Source: Oikopleura dioica | Taxonomy: Eukaryota > Animalia > Chordata | Length of the DNA: 64,000 nucleotides | NCBI GenBank assembly: GCA_907165135.1 | Contig: OU015566.1 | Coordinates: 5,456,001-5,520,000 of the forward strand | Direction: 5' to 3' | Shown: piece by piece, positions 21,744-33,188 of the stretch | Layout: the number at the start of each line of letters is the position of its first letter | Position numbering within the stretch: position 1 is the first letter of the stretch | Position numbers and translations under genes: made by a program | The notes under the pieces: model-generated | What the model was told of the DNA's origin: nothing | The model's database searches: none | Seen by the model: only the letters and a program-made list of their open reading frames with translations

Positions 21744-22537
21744 CTCGTTACTGTGAAGACTTGCGATTTGAGCACCCCTGTTGCTTATTGGTGAGTGGCC
21801 ACTCGGGCGCTGGAAAATCAAATTTTATAAAAAATACGATAGAGCATAATGGAATCAGAGGTACTATCAAAACAATTTTTTATTTTATGCCCCGATTAGA
21901 ACCCTTAGATATTACTCCCGCTCCACATCAGCGTCTTTTTGTCATGGCGGGTCTTCCAACGCAAAGTTGGATAGACGATACTTTTAAAGACAGTACGCGT
22001 GATACAATGCTTGTTATCGACGATATGTGGAGCGCGTGTATTGAAAGTCCTGTAATTGAACAATTAGTAATTTATGGCCGTAGGCATCAGGGGATCTCGC
22101 TTGCATTTACATGTCACAATTTCTTCGAGCGATCTAAGAGGTCAATAACAATACGGTAAGTCTCTAAATTTGAATAACATTTTTGATTTATTTTTAGTCT
22201 TTGCATGACCGCAGTCATCTCGTTTATCAGTGAAGCCGATTTGAGTGCAAACCGCGTCATCTTCAGCAAAATGGGATTACTCGAGCCATTCAAGGCTGCT
22301 ATCGACCTCTTCAAGAAGAAACGCGTTTCAAAGCATCAATACGTTATTGCCCGAAAGGATGTTACAAAACCAACACAGGCGAAATTCTACACTAACGTCT
22401 ACGGTGAAATACCCGGATTGAACGGTGTTCCTTGGGTTCTGGCTTTTGATACTGCAAAACACGTTTATTCTTCCAACATCAAATATTTTTGTTTTATTGC
22501 AGGCAAAAGAGCTAAAATTTTATCGCAGGTAGATTGA
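21728..22537 (+). CDS. A32/FtsK-like genome packaging ATPase
   Basis: LRFEHP, Walker A GHSGAGKS, Walker B LVIDD, GRRH motif. The 42-nt intron 22156-22197 joins TIR|LCMTAV in frame. Confidence 0.9.
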
Positions 22538-22973
22538 GTGTGCACAGTTTTGAATCAATTTTGACAGGATTGTTCATCTTAGCAATCGCGGTAAGTGGCT
22601 GATCGTCGGGATGTGAGGAAAGAATGAGGCGGTACAATTTACTTTCGATTCGAGTTATAGCCTTGCTGAGCTGGATTCTTCTTTTTCTGAATTTTTTCAA
22701 GCCTTCTTCTACTTTATCGATTCTGGCCCGAAGTTTTATATTAACCGGATGGTCTGCATTTTTCGGAACGGTGTGCCTTGCCTTGTAGTTTTTCCATTGT
22801 CGCTCCTGCATAAGCAGCTTTCGAATTTCAACTTCACTTTTGCCAAAAAGTTCTTTGAAAATGGCTAGTTGCTTCATAAAGAGATTTATCTCGACTTGAG
22901 TAGGAGTGTGCCATTCAACATGGGCAGAAAAGTCTGAAAAAATTTCAACGCGATATATCCGTAAAAGTTCCAT
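22512..22973 (-). CDS. Coiled-coil hypothetical protein
   Basis: 153-aa ORF with a basic heptad segment (LRARIDKVEEGLKKFRKRRIQL). Confidence 0.45.
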   Translation of the reverse strand: MELLRIYRVEIFSDFSAHVEWHTPTQVEINLFMKQLAIFKELFGKSEVEIRKLLMQERQWKNYKARHTVPKNADHPVNIKLRARIDKVEEGLKKFRKRRIQLSKAITRIESKLYRLILSSHPDDQPLTAIAKMNNPVKIDSKLCTLNLPAIKF

Positions 22974-23399
22974 ACTTTCTTGAGTGTCTGGTTCTCATTT
23001 TATCGCAATAAAAATGGCGCCATCAAATACAACCGATTTCACACAATAGCGGGATATTGCTTCAAAAGAGCGCATAACGCTTTGTTTTGATCATTGGCAG
23101 TGTGAAATTGCCGATAGAAAAAAGGGAAACCATAACGGTGTGATCGATCTGAGACAACAGTAGCACAGTAGATATTCAACAAAATTGTTAAAATGAATGC
23201 ATGGCCTCTATTTGAGTTTTTGAACTGATGCCTATAGCTTAACATCACATAAACTACCAACAAGACCAATTTTGACTCTTTATCATAAAAAGGCAAAATT
23301 TATTTTCTAGAATTATTATTGTTTATTGCAGCTTAAAACGTAAATTTGAGAGATATACAGTGTTAAAAGCGCATAGTTTGTTTGCAGATGCTAAAAATC

Positions 23400-24010
23400 A
23401 ACACCCTCGCCATTCAGGCTAAATCCACGCCCTCCTTTGGTTCGAATATGAACTTTAACTCGTTGCTGCAGAAGATCGTCGTACAGCTGGGAAGCGTGAT
23501 CTTGGCGCAGTGCACAGAGGCGTAGAGCTTCCTTGTGAATTGCCTCACGCTCCTCCTCTCGAAGATTCGCTCCAAGCTCGTTGACGAGCGAGTCTGAACA
23601 TTTTATAAGATTGATGAAGTTTCAAGGACATTCTTACCGACTTCGTGCGCTTCTTGGTCGTTGATGGCATTTCCCGGAAGCCCGTTGAGAGCGTCGAGCC
23701 CCTCACCAAATTCGATGGGCTCTTCTCCGATGCCGGGGTCCATTTCGCCGCCCTGCATCGGACCGGGCTCGTTTTCTTCGACATTGTTTTGTTGACCCTC
23801 GGCTGTGTTTGGATCGTAATCCAACGCTTTAAAATTTTTTCAATTTATTCAATTAGCGCAAAATTTACCTTGTGGCCTTTGCAAGTTTCGTTGCACAGCG
23901 TCGATAGATCGTCGAATTTTATTCTTCAACTCCTTGCCGGATTTACGAATATCCAAGCGCGGAATCTCGGGGGTTTCGGCTTGGAGGAAACGTTCCATTC
24001 GAGCGAGGTT
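23400..24010 (-). CDS. Multi-exon acidic hypothetical protein
   Basis: Exon-like segments (~24010-23868, 23824-23637, ~23590-23400) separated by short GT-AG-like spacers. The model is not fully resolved. Confidence 0.35.
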
Positions 24011-24397
24011 TCGTTTGGTTTCGGCCACAATTTTTCGTAGCTCCGAAAAATTCTACCACAAAAAATATTTCTGCCTGACTGATACTAAAATTACCTGTTT
24101 TTTCATTTTAGTGTTGTTGTTAGCCTGCAAAAATCAAACTGATTTAAATTTCTGCCAAAGATCAAAACAAAAGCCGTGTTCTAGAAAATTTTTTCATTTT
24201 TATTGTTGACATTGACAAAAAAAGAAAATAAAAGACAATAACACTCAGTAAAAAGTCAGGGAGCTTTTCGCCATCAATGTTCGTCGTTTTGCGTCTTCAT
24301 AAGCGAAATAAGCAGATGCTTCTTTAATTTCACAGATTATGACTCGTCGTCGGGCGAGGCTGAGATCTTAAAAAAGTAAAGAAAGTGGTCGACATTT

Positions 24398-24721
24398 CTA
24401 AAGCTTACTTTTCCAATCAGGGCAGCAATTCTCCAAGTTCTCAAGTTCCGATTCTGTAAAAAAATCCTCAACTTTCTCGAGGATGAACTTTGCTCCAGAC
24501 CCCTGGACCGCCTGTTTCGGCTTTTGACAGCCCGAAGAAGGAGACGGATCAATTGGGCGAGTAAATACATCATCGACAGCGTCGCATGCTTCGACAAAAG
24601 CCGCTACAATGTCACTTGTTGCCGACTCCGAGTCCGGAACATGCTCGTCGATCGGATCGACCGGGGTCTTGGCATCTTCGTTTTGAACAAGTTGACCAGC
24701 TGATTCGACCAAATCGCTCAT
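24398..24721 (-). CDS. Acidic hypothetical protein (107 aa)
   Basis: ATG ORF directly downstream of 24751-25362. Confidence 0.45.
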   Translation of the reverse strand: MSDLVESAGQLVQNEDAKTPVDPIDEHVPDSESATSDIVAAFVEACDAVDDVFTRPIDPSPSSGCQKPKQAVQGSGAKFILEKVEDFFTESELENLENCCPDWKSKL

Positions 24722-24750
24722 ACTCTCAAAAAAATAAATTAAGTGGTTAT

Positions 24751-25362
24751 TTAAAGGACGGAATCCGCAGAGGGTGCTTTTTTTGCGGTATCTACTCTTG
24801 CATCACTCACAAGTATTTCGACTTTTTTTATATATTTATCGAGATATTTTTTAGGGAACGCGTATTTTTCCAAGATATTTTGGCGAGCTTGTAAATATTT
24901 AAGTGACTCGAGATGCCCAATTAATTGCGCTCGTGAGAAAAATTTAAAATTGGGAATCATTTCATCAATGAGACTTTTAATATACCCATCAATGTACGCT
25001 TCAGAATGCTTTTTTCGATCGCGTGACATGTAATCGCGAACAACTGTCTCCGCAAATAAAACATACGCCCCTATAACATAGGGGCAATTTAAATTGGTCC
25101 AAAATCTTGTGAGCCATGCAAAATGGTGCGTAAACGAACGGTACACCACTTTTTGTCGAACTAGATCAACAGTATAATTGGATTCGTTTTGAAAGTTATC
25201 GTTGTCAGGGGGCTCAAGGCGGCGGCGATATTCTAAATCGCGATAAATGACCACTTGATCGTGACTTCCGCAGCTGCGGCTTTTGTAGTTTAGAACAGAA
25301 AATCCAGAGTCAGTATTAAAGAGTCTGCTCAAATCTGATTCAAATTCTCGTTCGTCCGACAC
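24751..25362 (-). CDS. Hypothetical protein (~200 aa)
   Basis: Long ORF with globular composition. Its start is a non-ATG codon, so an upstream exon (possibly ORF 25561-25800) is likely. Confidence 0.5.
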   Translation of the reverse strand: MSDEREFESDLSRLFNTDSGFSVLNYKSRSCGSHDQVVIYRDLEYRRRLEPPDNDNFQNESNYTVDLVRQKVVYRSFTHHFAWLTRFWTNLNCPYVIGAYVLFAETVVRDYMSRDRKKHSEAYIDGYIKSLIDEMIPNFKFFSRAQLIGHLESLKYLQARQNILEKYAFPKKYLDKYIKKVEILVSDARVDTAKKAPSADSVL

Positions 25363-25965
25363 GGTTGCCCGCTGATGCCACTGTGAAAAGTCTCTTAGTG
25401 AAAGTGGCCAATTCTATCACATGAGATCACAATGGGCAAATTTCACTAGCCTGTGGGTACGTCTCCAATACTCATCATGATTTAAACCTTTCAAAAATGT
25501 ATGAATCGGCAGCACTTAAAATGTTCTTAATCCTAGCAATCATAAATACTGACTGCGTGATTAAAAAACATTCTCTGAAACTTCCTTGAGATGCGCACGA
25601 ACGACCTGGAACCATGCTTTCTTCTCTTCGTCGTATTCTTGACTCACCCTGAATACAACTCGACTTACGGTGTCTGTTGAGGAAGTACCGATGACAAGTT
25701 CAAGCGCCGAAAAGGGGTTATTTTCACGTATTCTCGGAAAAGGTTGATTTTCAATTTGCAATTTTCTACCATGACACTTGAGTGTATAGAAATGTGCCAT
25801 TGTCGGAAAATTTGTACTCGCAGCGTGCTTTTATACTCCACCGATCCTCAATTTTTGACATTAAGACGAAGACACCGTAAATTAAAATTGCCGGATTAGC
25901 AACTATATGTAGTATAAGCCGCCTTTAAATACCATTGTCGATGACATCAATGTGTCACTTTTAGT

Positions 25966-26570
25966 ATGCCTCGGATTGAAATTAAAATCCACGAGGAAAC
26001 CGAGCCAACTGCTATCATGAACGAACGTTCTGAGCCCAAAAAGCGACCAAAACGTTCGCGTGATCCCCAGAAGGAAACTGAAAAAACATTCAAGGATCAG
26101 AAAAACATAACAATAGAGCGTCTTGCAGAATCCGGTAATTTATTTTAAAACGATCATGCTTAACTTTTTTACGTAGACTCTTATGAAGAATCCCTTAATA
26201 TATTACGGGAATACTTCTGTGACGAAGAGGGGCGAGTGGCGGACAAAATCACAAATTACGCTTTGGAGCTGTGCGAAGATCTCTTCAGCGATCTCGCGGA
26301 GCTAACCGAGCGCAAATCCAAGCCAGCACCTGCAAAACGTGGACCGGGGCGACCACGGAAAAATCCGCCACCTCCATCAAAGCAACCAGAATCAGATGAC
26401 ACGCAACTTGAAGACGGGGAAATCGAGCCTGCTGAGCCAACGGAAAGTAAGCAAGATGGTGAAATTATGAAAGTTATTTAAGTTAGAAAAATCAAAACCA
26501 ACGCCCTCCCAAGATGAGCCGCCTGATAGCACAACGGGAAAACGTTCTGTCCGAACCACGAACAAAAAGT
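25966..26570 (+). CDS. Multi-exon basic protein with an AT-hook
   Basis: ORF 25966 followed by an intron and exon 26236-26481 containing KRGPGRPRK. Confidence 0.55.
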
Positions 26571-26763
26571 AAAGACCCTTCATTTTCTGTATTCTGAGCA
26601 CTGTACATGTTGAACAGTTCTTTATTTTAGGCGTTTATTTATCTGCTGCTGCGAATTGTTTATAGATCGCTCATTATGTATTATTTTCATCATAAAATGC
26701 GAAAAAATAAAAAAAGTCATCTGAAAATTTCTTAATTTTGTGTTAAAAATAATGGCTGGCCAA

Positions 26764-26939
26764 TGTTTTGCTCATTGACAGCACTTGTTTAAAACTGGGT
26801 TAATGTTTTGATCATTGACAGCACTTTTTTAAAACTGGGTAAATGTTTTGATCATTGACAGCAGGTTCAATTCTTTAAGCATATGTTTTTATCTTTGGCA
26901 ATGTTTCTGCACAAAAACCCGATATTTTGCTCTTTGGCA
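26764..26939. repeat. ~40-bp-phased array of the element motif (5 copies)
   Basis: TGTTTTG(A/C)TCATTGACAGCA at 26764, 26804 and 26844; TGTTTTTATCTTTGGCA at 26884; TATTTTGCTCTTTGGCA at 26923. Confidence 0.85.
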
Positions 26940-27860
26940 AGACTGCATGCAAATTGTGCTTTTGCTGATTTTTACTTATCGGATGCATAAAGTTAACACA
27001 TTTTTAATGGGATAATTTATTTACTCTAGAAGTATGGCTGGATTACATATGAATTTTTGAAGTTCATTTTAAGAAAGAAAGCGTTTCTAAACAGTCAAGC
27101 GGATTTTACAAAGTGATGCGAAATAATCAACAGCATTTTGATATCATTTTAAAATTTCTTCGGTGGACTTCAATGGATTGCAAATTATTTTGTTTCATTT
27201 TAGACATTGAATTTATCAATTTTGGAGTAAAAAATAATGATATTCATTTTAAAGTACATAAACAATGTAACAGAAAACCTATTCAATGCAAGGGAATCAG
27301 AATCATTTTTTTAGAATTATCATTTTATAAAAATAGAGATAACAGGGAGTACGTCATTCATAATACTCATTTTGAACTCATTTTATCAATCATTTGAAGC
27401 TTCTTATTGAATATTTTTTTCAGGTTAAGCCAGAAGTTATTCATTTTATAAGGTTCTCTTCAATTTATTTCAATCCAGCTTGCCGAGATTTTCTCATTTA
27501 AAAAAGTTGAGGCTATTTTGTTTTTTATTCGTGCATATTTATCAAGTGAAGAAAAGAAGCTTCATGCCATTGCTTAAATGCCCTCGAAGAATCGTTACGC
27601 AAAGCGGGATGAATTGATTTTAGATTTTATGCTCAGCCGGTGAGATTTTTGACAAGCGATAAGATCGATGCTTATTATAAGGAGGAAAGTTTGAATAAAT
27701 ATTTATTATAACTGTATTAATACGTGTGTTATCTGTACACTTAAGATTGACAATGTCGCTTGCTTGCTTAAAATATTAATAAAAACTTCGAAATACTGAT
27801 TTATGGTTTTTGTTTTTTTAATGACGACAGTAAGACAGATAGGAAAACAGATTGCTTGGA

Positions 27861-28295
27861 TTAGTCCAACGAATCTTCTAGGAGATCCGGATGATCACTT
27901 GCTTTGGTTGATTGAAACCGAATTGGTTGATAGCCTGGCAAGAGTCTCTTTGGAGTTGCTGCGAGTGCGTTGAAAATAATGAGATCGTAATTGTAATAGT
28001 GATTACAAGGATCGTCATACGCGGACTCTAGTAAGGATTCGAGGTATCGATCTTTCACTCGGCAAACAGAGTTGGAGCAGGAATTGTCTTTTATTATTCG
28101 CGTCATATCGTAGCCCACTTGAGTAATAAATGATTGACCGCCAGATGGCGGATAAACTACCCCTGAGTTGACTAGAATGTCTCTATATAGATCGGGATTA
28201 GCAAGCAATTGGTTTGCAAGCGATACAATTTCGTCTTTGGATTTTTCGACAATTTTGGTAGTTGGCGGCCAATCTCGAGGCATTATTCCGCTCAT
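27861..28295 (-). CDS. Orphan ORF near the right terminus (144 aa)
   Basis: Uninterrupted ORF with globular composition. No motif recognised. Confidence 0.4.
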   Translation of the reverse strand: MSGIMPRDWPPTTKIVEKSKDEIVSLANQLLANPDLYRDILVNSGVVYPPSGGQSFITQVGYDMTRIIKDNSCSNSVCRVKDRYLESLLESAYDDPCNHYYNYDLIIFNALAATPKRLLPGYQPIRFQSTKASDHPDLLEDSLD

Positions 28296-28439
28296 TTTAC
28301 TGCGATATTAAGATTCTGCGATTATAAAGACGAGGGAGTGGCATCATCTAGCGACAGAGGATTAGGAGCGAGAGAAATCGGACGTCTTGTTCAGTTGCTG
28401 TGTGTTCGGCAGAAAAAATGAGTCGATATTGATTTTCGA

Positions 28440-28580
28440 TGATCTGCGTCATTGTTGTGATCTTTGGCAGTTCTAAAAATAGACAGTAAATGGGCGCGCA
28501 ATTTGAAAATGCGTAGGTAGGATCTGACCAATGGGACCTACATGGATCTTGGAAAAGGCCTATCTACACACTATACTACT
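28440..28580 (-). repeat. Putative right terminal inverted repeat end of the Polinton
   Basis: AGTAGT terminal tandem on the minus strand at 28580. The element-wide motif TGTGATCTTTGGCA occurs at ~28456-28469. The partner TIR is not in the window, so the inner boundary is unknown. Confidence 0.65.
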
Positions 28581-29350
28581 CACGGTGGCGCAAAAAATGA
28601 CGAAAAAAAAGCTTTTCCTCCAAATCAACCCTTTTCTTCTTCTTTTTTTTTTCTTCTGACATTCTTACCCACTTTTTTTCTTCACTCGATTTTCGAAGAA
28701 TTTATTGAAAAAAATCAGAGAAATTGGAAATTTGAAAAAATCGCGAAAATTGACAAAAAAATGAAAAAAAAAAAGAATTTGCGAAGCATTTATATTTTAG
28801 AGAAGTTTTTGCTTGAGGAACGAAAATCTCTAGAATTAGCCTACGCAGCACTTCAGAAGCAGAAGCGCGAAATTGAGATGAGAGAACACGCGAAATTTAG
28901 AAAAAAAATACTAAACTAGTTGTTTGTTATCTTTGTATTTAATTCATTATGAAAAATAAGAAAAAAAATAATTTATAATTTAATTATTGAAAAATTGGAG
29001 AAATTAAAATTTTTGTCTTTTTTAGAATTTTGAATTTCGGATGGTAAAAAAGAAAGCGAAAACGAGCGACAGAAAAAAACTCAAATCTGAAAAATCGGGA
29101 AAAAAGAAGCAGCCTTCAAAACTGGACAAATGCAACGCGACTTTGGACAAGTTGAAGTCGCTCCTTCAGGAATCGGATCCAGATTATTTTTAGTCGTTAA
29201 AAATGACTGTATTGATTTTCGCAGACAGTTCCAATTAAATCGATACTTAGCGAAAGATATAAAACTGTCTTTTGATCCGAAAAAAGAGCAGGCAAAGAGC
29301 TGAAACGAGAAAATCCCATTTTCAATCAGAATCAAATGAGGTTTAGATTT

Positions 29351-29664
29351 CTTCCTCTCTTTACAAGTCCCTATCTCCTTAAATTTTTACTGGGGCCGAA
29401 ATATTTTGATACCGAAATCGAAAAGCCGCTTGCGGCTTCGAGCTAAAAATAATGGAATAGCCGCGCGAGGCGCGGCTTTCATTTGAGATCACCAAAACGG
29501 ACCAAATTGTAATAGTAATGGTCTGTTCTGATGATCACAAATGAAAGCCGCGCCTCCCGCGGCTATTCCATTATTTTAGCTCGAAGCCGCAAGCGGCTTC
29601 TCGACTTTGGTGTCAAAATATTTTGGTCCTCTATTTTAGGAGATAGGGGCTAGCAAAAGAGAAG
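29351..29664. mobile_element. Foldback/MITE-like palindrome (~310 bp)
   Basis: Arms such as AAGCCGCTTGCGGCTTCGAGCTAAAAATAATGGAATAGCCGCG match their near-perfect reverse complement across a ~25-bp loop. Confidence 0.75.
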
Positions 29665-30524
29665 CTTCTGAGATTCTGCGACTCAGCATTATTCCAAATT
29701 TATAATTTTCGCTGAGAAAAAGTTAAAAATAATCAACAAGTTGAAGACAATGGCCCTGGGGTCATTTTCAAAGCTCGTTGTCAGCTCCTTGAAAAGAATC
29801 GCCTTTCTCGAAGAATTGGAGAAAGACGGCTACTAGCAACGAAAAGCAGCGAAAGACGAAAAGAGAAAGAAAGAGGGCTTCACTTTTACTGCTTCAACTA
29901 AAAATCACTTTCGCGTATTTTAAACTGCCGCCTGACCTTCTTTTGTTGCTTCAACTCGCGCTTCCTGCATGTAACTACTTTTTTGCTTCTTTCTGAAGAA
30001 TTATGCGAAAATAGAAAATATCATCAAAGAGAGTCTAGTAGACTCAGTCTACTTTTCAAGGCCTTTCATACCGTAAGAAACCTGTCTAAGAGTCTATTTT
30101 CCGATCAGGAAAAACTGCTTTGAACCCTGTTTTTTGAAATCAGGCTTTGAAATGGAGAATTCTAGTGATCTCTCTTATTTTTCTGTCCTGCGTAAGATTT
30201 GAGAAAAAGTCTCCTTATTCCTGTTTGCGAACCCTTACATGCGTTCCTGAGTGAAAATCCTGAGTGTTATACAGGCCTGAGTAGAAAAGCCCTGACCTGT
30301 TTTCCTGAAATTAGTTTAATTTTGGAAATTAACTAAAAAAGCCTGTCTCTGACCTTGACCCTGAAAACAGAACGCCAAGGTCCTGGCTCAAAATTTAGCA
30401 GTCATCTTTTGGCATCGATTTTTACCGACGAATTTCAGAATCATTGTCTTCCTTTTAAAACGCTGCTTCCAGTCGAAATTCAAACTGTGCCTGTAAATGC
30501 TTCTGTAAATGGCTGAAGAATCTT

Positions 30525-32435
30525 TTGAAGACTACGGCTCCGGCGGGTAAGATTCATTTTCTTCTTTCTTATTTCTCAAGTGGAATTTCTAGCGATGCGT
30601 CGCCGTTCGGAAATTCGAATTTTCGTCGCTCGATCAATCGAAAATCTGGGCGATTTCGTCGACCGAGGCCGGATAAAAATGCGAATTTGTCGATTCCGAA
30701 TGGAAATGGCAATCTTTCGCCAAATGATGCGACGATTGAGTCGGACATTGACGATTTAACAGATGCCATGGGGACGATGTCCAGGAGGATTATGAGGATA
30801 GAAGAAGAACGACAAGGTGCAATAAACGAAAAAAGACGAGATTTTCTGATCTCTATTTTAGCGAAACAAGAACACACGGAGCAAGTAAAAATCGAAAACA
30901 CGGAATTGAAACTGCGCGTCAACGAACTGGACAACAACTACCACGATCTGCAGCTGAAATACGACGAAATGAAACAATCCGAAAGAGCGAAGGCGAGAGA
31001 CGATCTCGAGAAATTGAAGAAAGAAAAGAATCTTGAACTGGAACTCGCTAATCAAACCATTTCTGTAAGTCTCTTCAGCAGAAAAACACTTATATTGAGT
31101 CAATTGACGGGCTTGGGCGGGCCACAAAATTCGCGACAAAATATGCGCCGGCGGCTTTCTGAGGTCTGATTGGCTTCACAGAATCGTGAATCTGATTGGC
31201 TAAGAAACTTTGTCTATCGAAATATCCTAGCCAATAAGAAAGTTTAATCCGTCTAACTGGCCAATCAGACGTCGACTACCAACCTACGCAATTTTTTTGG
31301 CAAAATTTTGTCGCCCCCCCCCTTTTTTACCTCATTTTTAGCAACAAAAAGAAGAAATCGCTCGAATAACGAAGGAAAACGACAAGTATCGCCACAAAGC
31401 TGAAAAATACAAGAAACAACTCGAAACCTTGCAAGACAAGCTCGACGCGGCGCATGTCAAAGTCGAAGATCAAATGGAAAAGTATCAGAAACTCAACGAG
31501 TCGACTTCCAACGAAAGAGAAAGATACACGAAGCAACTGTCTTCGCATACAACCGAAAAACTTCAATTTCAGGCACTTTTTTCAAAAATCAAGATTCAAC
31601 ATTTGAAATTAACATTTTTGAAAAATCGGGAAAAGACGCATATCGCCCAGCTAGAAGCAGAAAACAAGCAGCTTCAGACAAAATACGAGGAAATGAAGAA
31701 ACAAGCGGTCGACGCTGTCACTTTGGTCAAAACTCAGGACGAGGCAAAACCTTCAGAAGTCCAAAATCTGCAAGATGAAAATGATAAGCTGACCCAGCAA
31801 ATCGAAGATCTCAACCTTCAACTCTTACAGCAGCATATTGCGAAAGGAAACAAGTTAAGAATAGGCTTGATAGAAGGCTTTAATAAATTGAGAAGCCGCA
31901 CTTTGCGCGGCTCAAATAATTTTAGACTCGAAGACCCAAGGGGCTTTTCGTTTCTCATTATTTCACTAGAAAAACTCCAAGCTGAATTTAAAAACTTGCA
32001 ACAGCCAAAGATTTCCAGCGCTCAGGAGAAGCGGAGGATTCTTTCGCCAACGAAATCGGCCTCATGGAAGCTGATGAAATTGCAATAAAGGTAATTTGTC
32101 TTCCTGTTTTCGTCTCTGACCATTTCTAGTACTCTGAGTTGAAATGTCAGCACCAGCAGCTTCAAGAATATTTGGACACGCTTTTGACGACTATTCTTGA
32201 GCGAGATCCGAGGTATCGACTTTTTAGCTGTTTAGTCGTAGTTAAGGGTTTTATTTTCGACGCTCTGGCCAATCGAAACCAAGCAGGAGCTGGTCGAGTA
32301 TTTTGATTGGACTAACATCTTGAACAAGGGTTTTGATTGGCCGAGAGTCGAAAGCTGATTCTAGCGTAGTATTGTGTTGTAATCGTAGCATTGTATTTTA
32401 GCATCCTCGAGCAACAACCCAATCCCTACAAATAA
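30525..32435 (+). CDS. Coiled-coil protein with C-terminal Rab11-binding (FIP-RBD-like) motif, multi-exon
   Basis: Long coiled-coil ORFs. The spliced C-terminus reads LQEYLDTLLTTILERDPS|ILEQQ. The 5' end is unresolved. Confidence 0.6.
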
Positions 32436-33188
32436 CCCTAACTCGGCTAAAAAAGAAGCCTAAACAGCAAATAATCCAGCAAAAATCGAAACACCAAAAC
32501 CCGCCAACGCACCGAAATATCATAAAACGCCAAAAGTTTTATGAGAAAACACGCGTGATTGTAATTTATGATTATTGTCGTCGTTGTTCGACAAAAACAA
32601 TTTTTAAAATTATGCGATTTTTTGTTATTTTATGTTGTTTTAGCTTGCTGGAAAAACGCCACGAAAAGACTGAGGGGAAATAAGTACTCCCAGTAAAGGC
32701 ATGAAAAAACCTTTTTTCCAACTTTCCGTTTCTGAAAAAAAACTTCGCAAAAATCATATTTCAAAAACACTGTTTCTTGTATTTATCAAAGTATCAATCT
32801 TCTCGCTCATCTTCCTTCTTCTCAGTTGCAAAAATAAAAATTTCAAGAATATGCATTTTTGATAAGCAATTAACAACTTGCATGCTAAGTTTCGCTTGAA
32901 AAAAATTATTAATTATGCGCAGGCTTCTTGATTTTTGATCTCCCTACCTTTTATCTTCATTTATTTATCAGCGATTTTAAATTAAGAAAAATCAAATGAT
33001 TTTAATTAGTTATTTCTATATTTATACAGCGCAAATAAACCTACACTTATACTTGTACGTGGTATTTAATAAACACTAAGGGTGTCCGCAATCAAATAAG
33101 AGCTTTTGGTAGATGATGAAGATCGCTGTTGACACCCTTAATTTTAATTGTAACTGGTGTCAAAATTTGATTTTGTATTTTCTGTCCT

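Larger units (their letters stand above)
1..28580. mobile_element. Polinton/Maverick-like endogenous virus, right-hand part (left end outside window)
   Basis: Co-occurrence of pPolB, DJR capsid-like ORF, rve integrase and A32-like ATPase. Sequence ends ...CTACACACTATACTACT at 28580 (reverse complement AGTAGTATAG), the typical Polinton terminus type. Confidence 0.92.

Noticed and set aside
27060-27720. Possible multi-exon gene near the Polinton right end
   Set aside because: Coding-like fragments are visible, but I could not build a consistent spliced frame.
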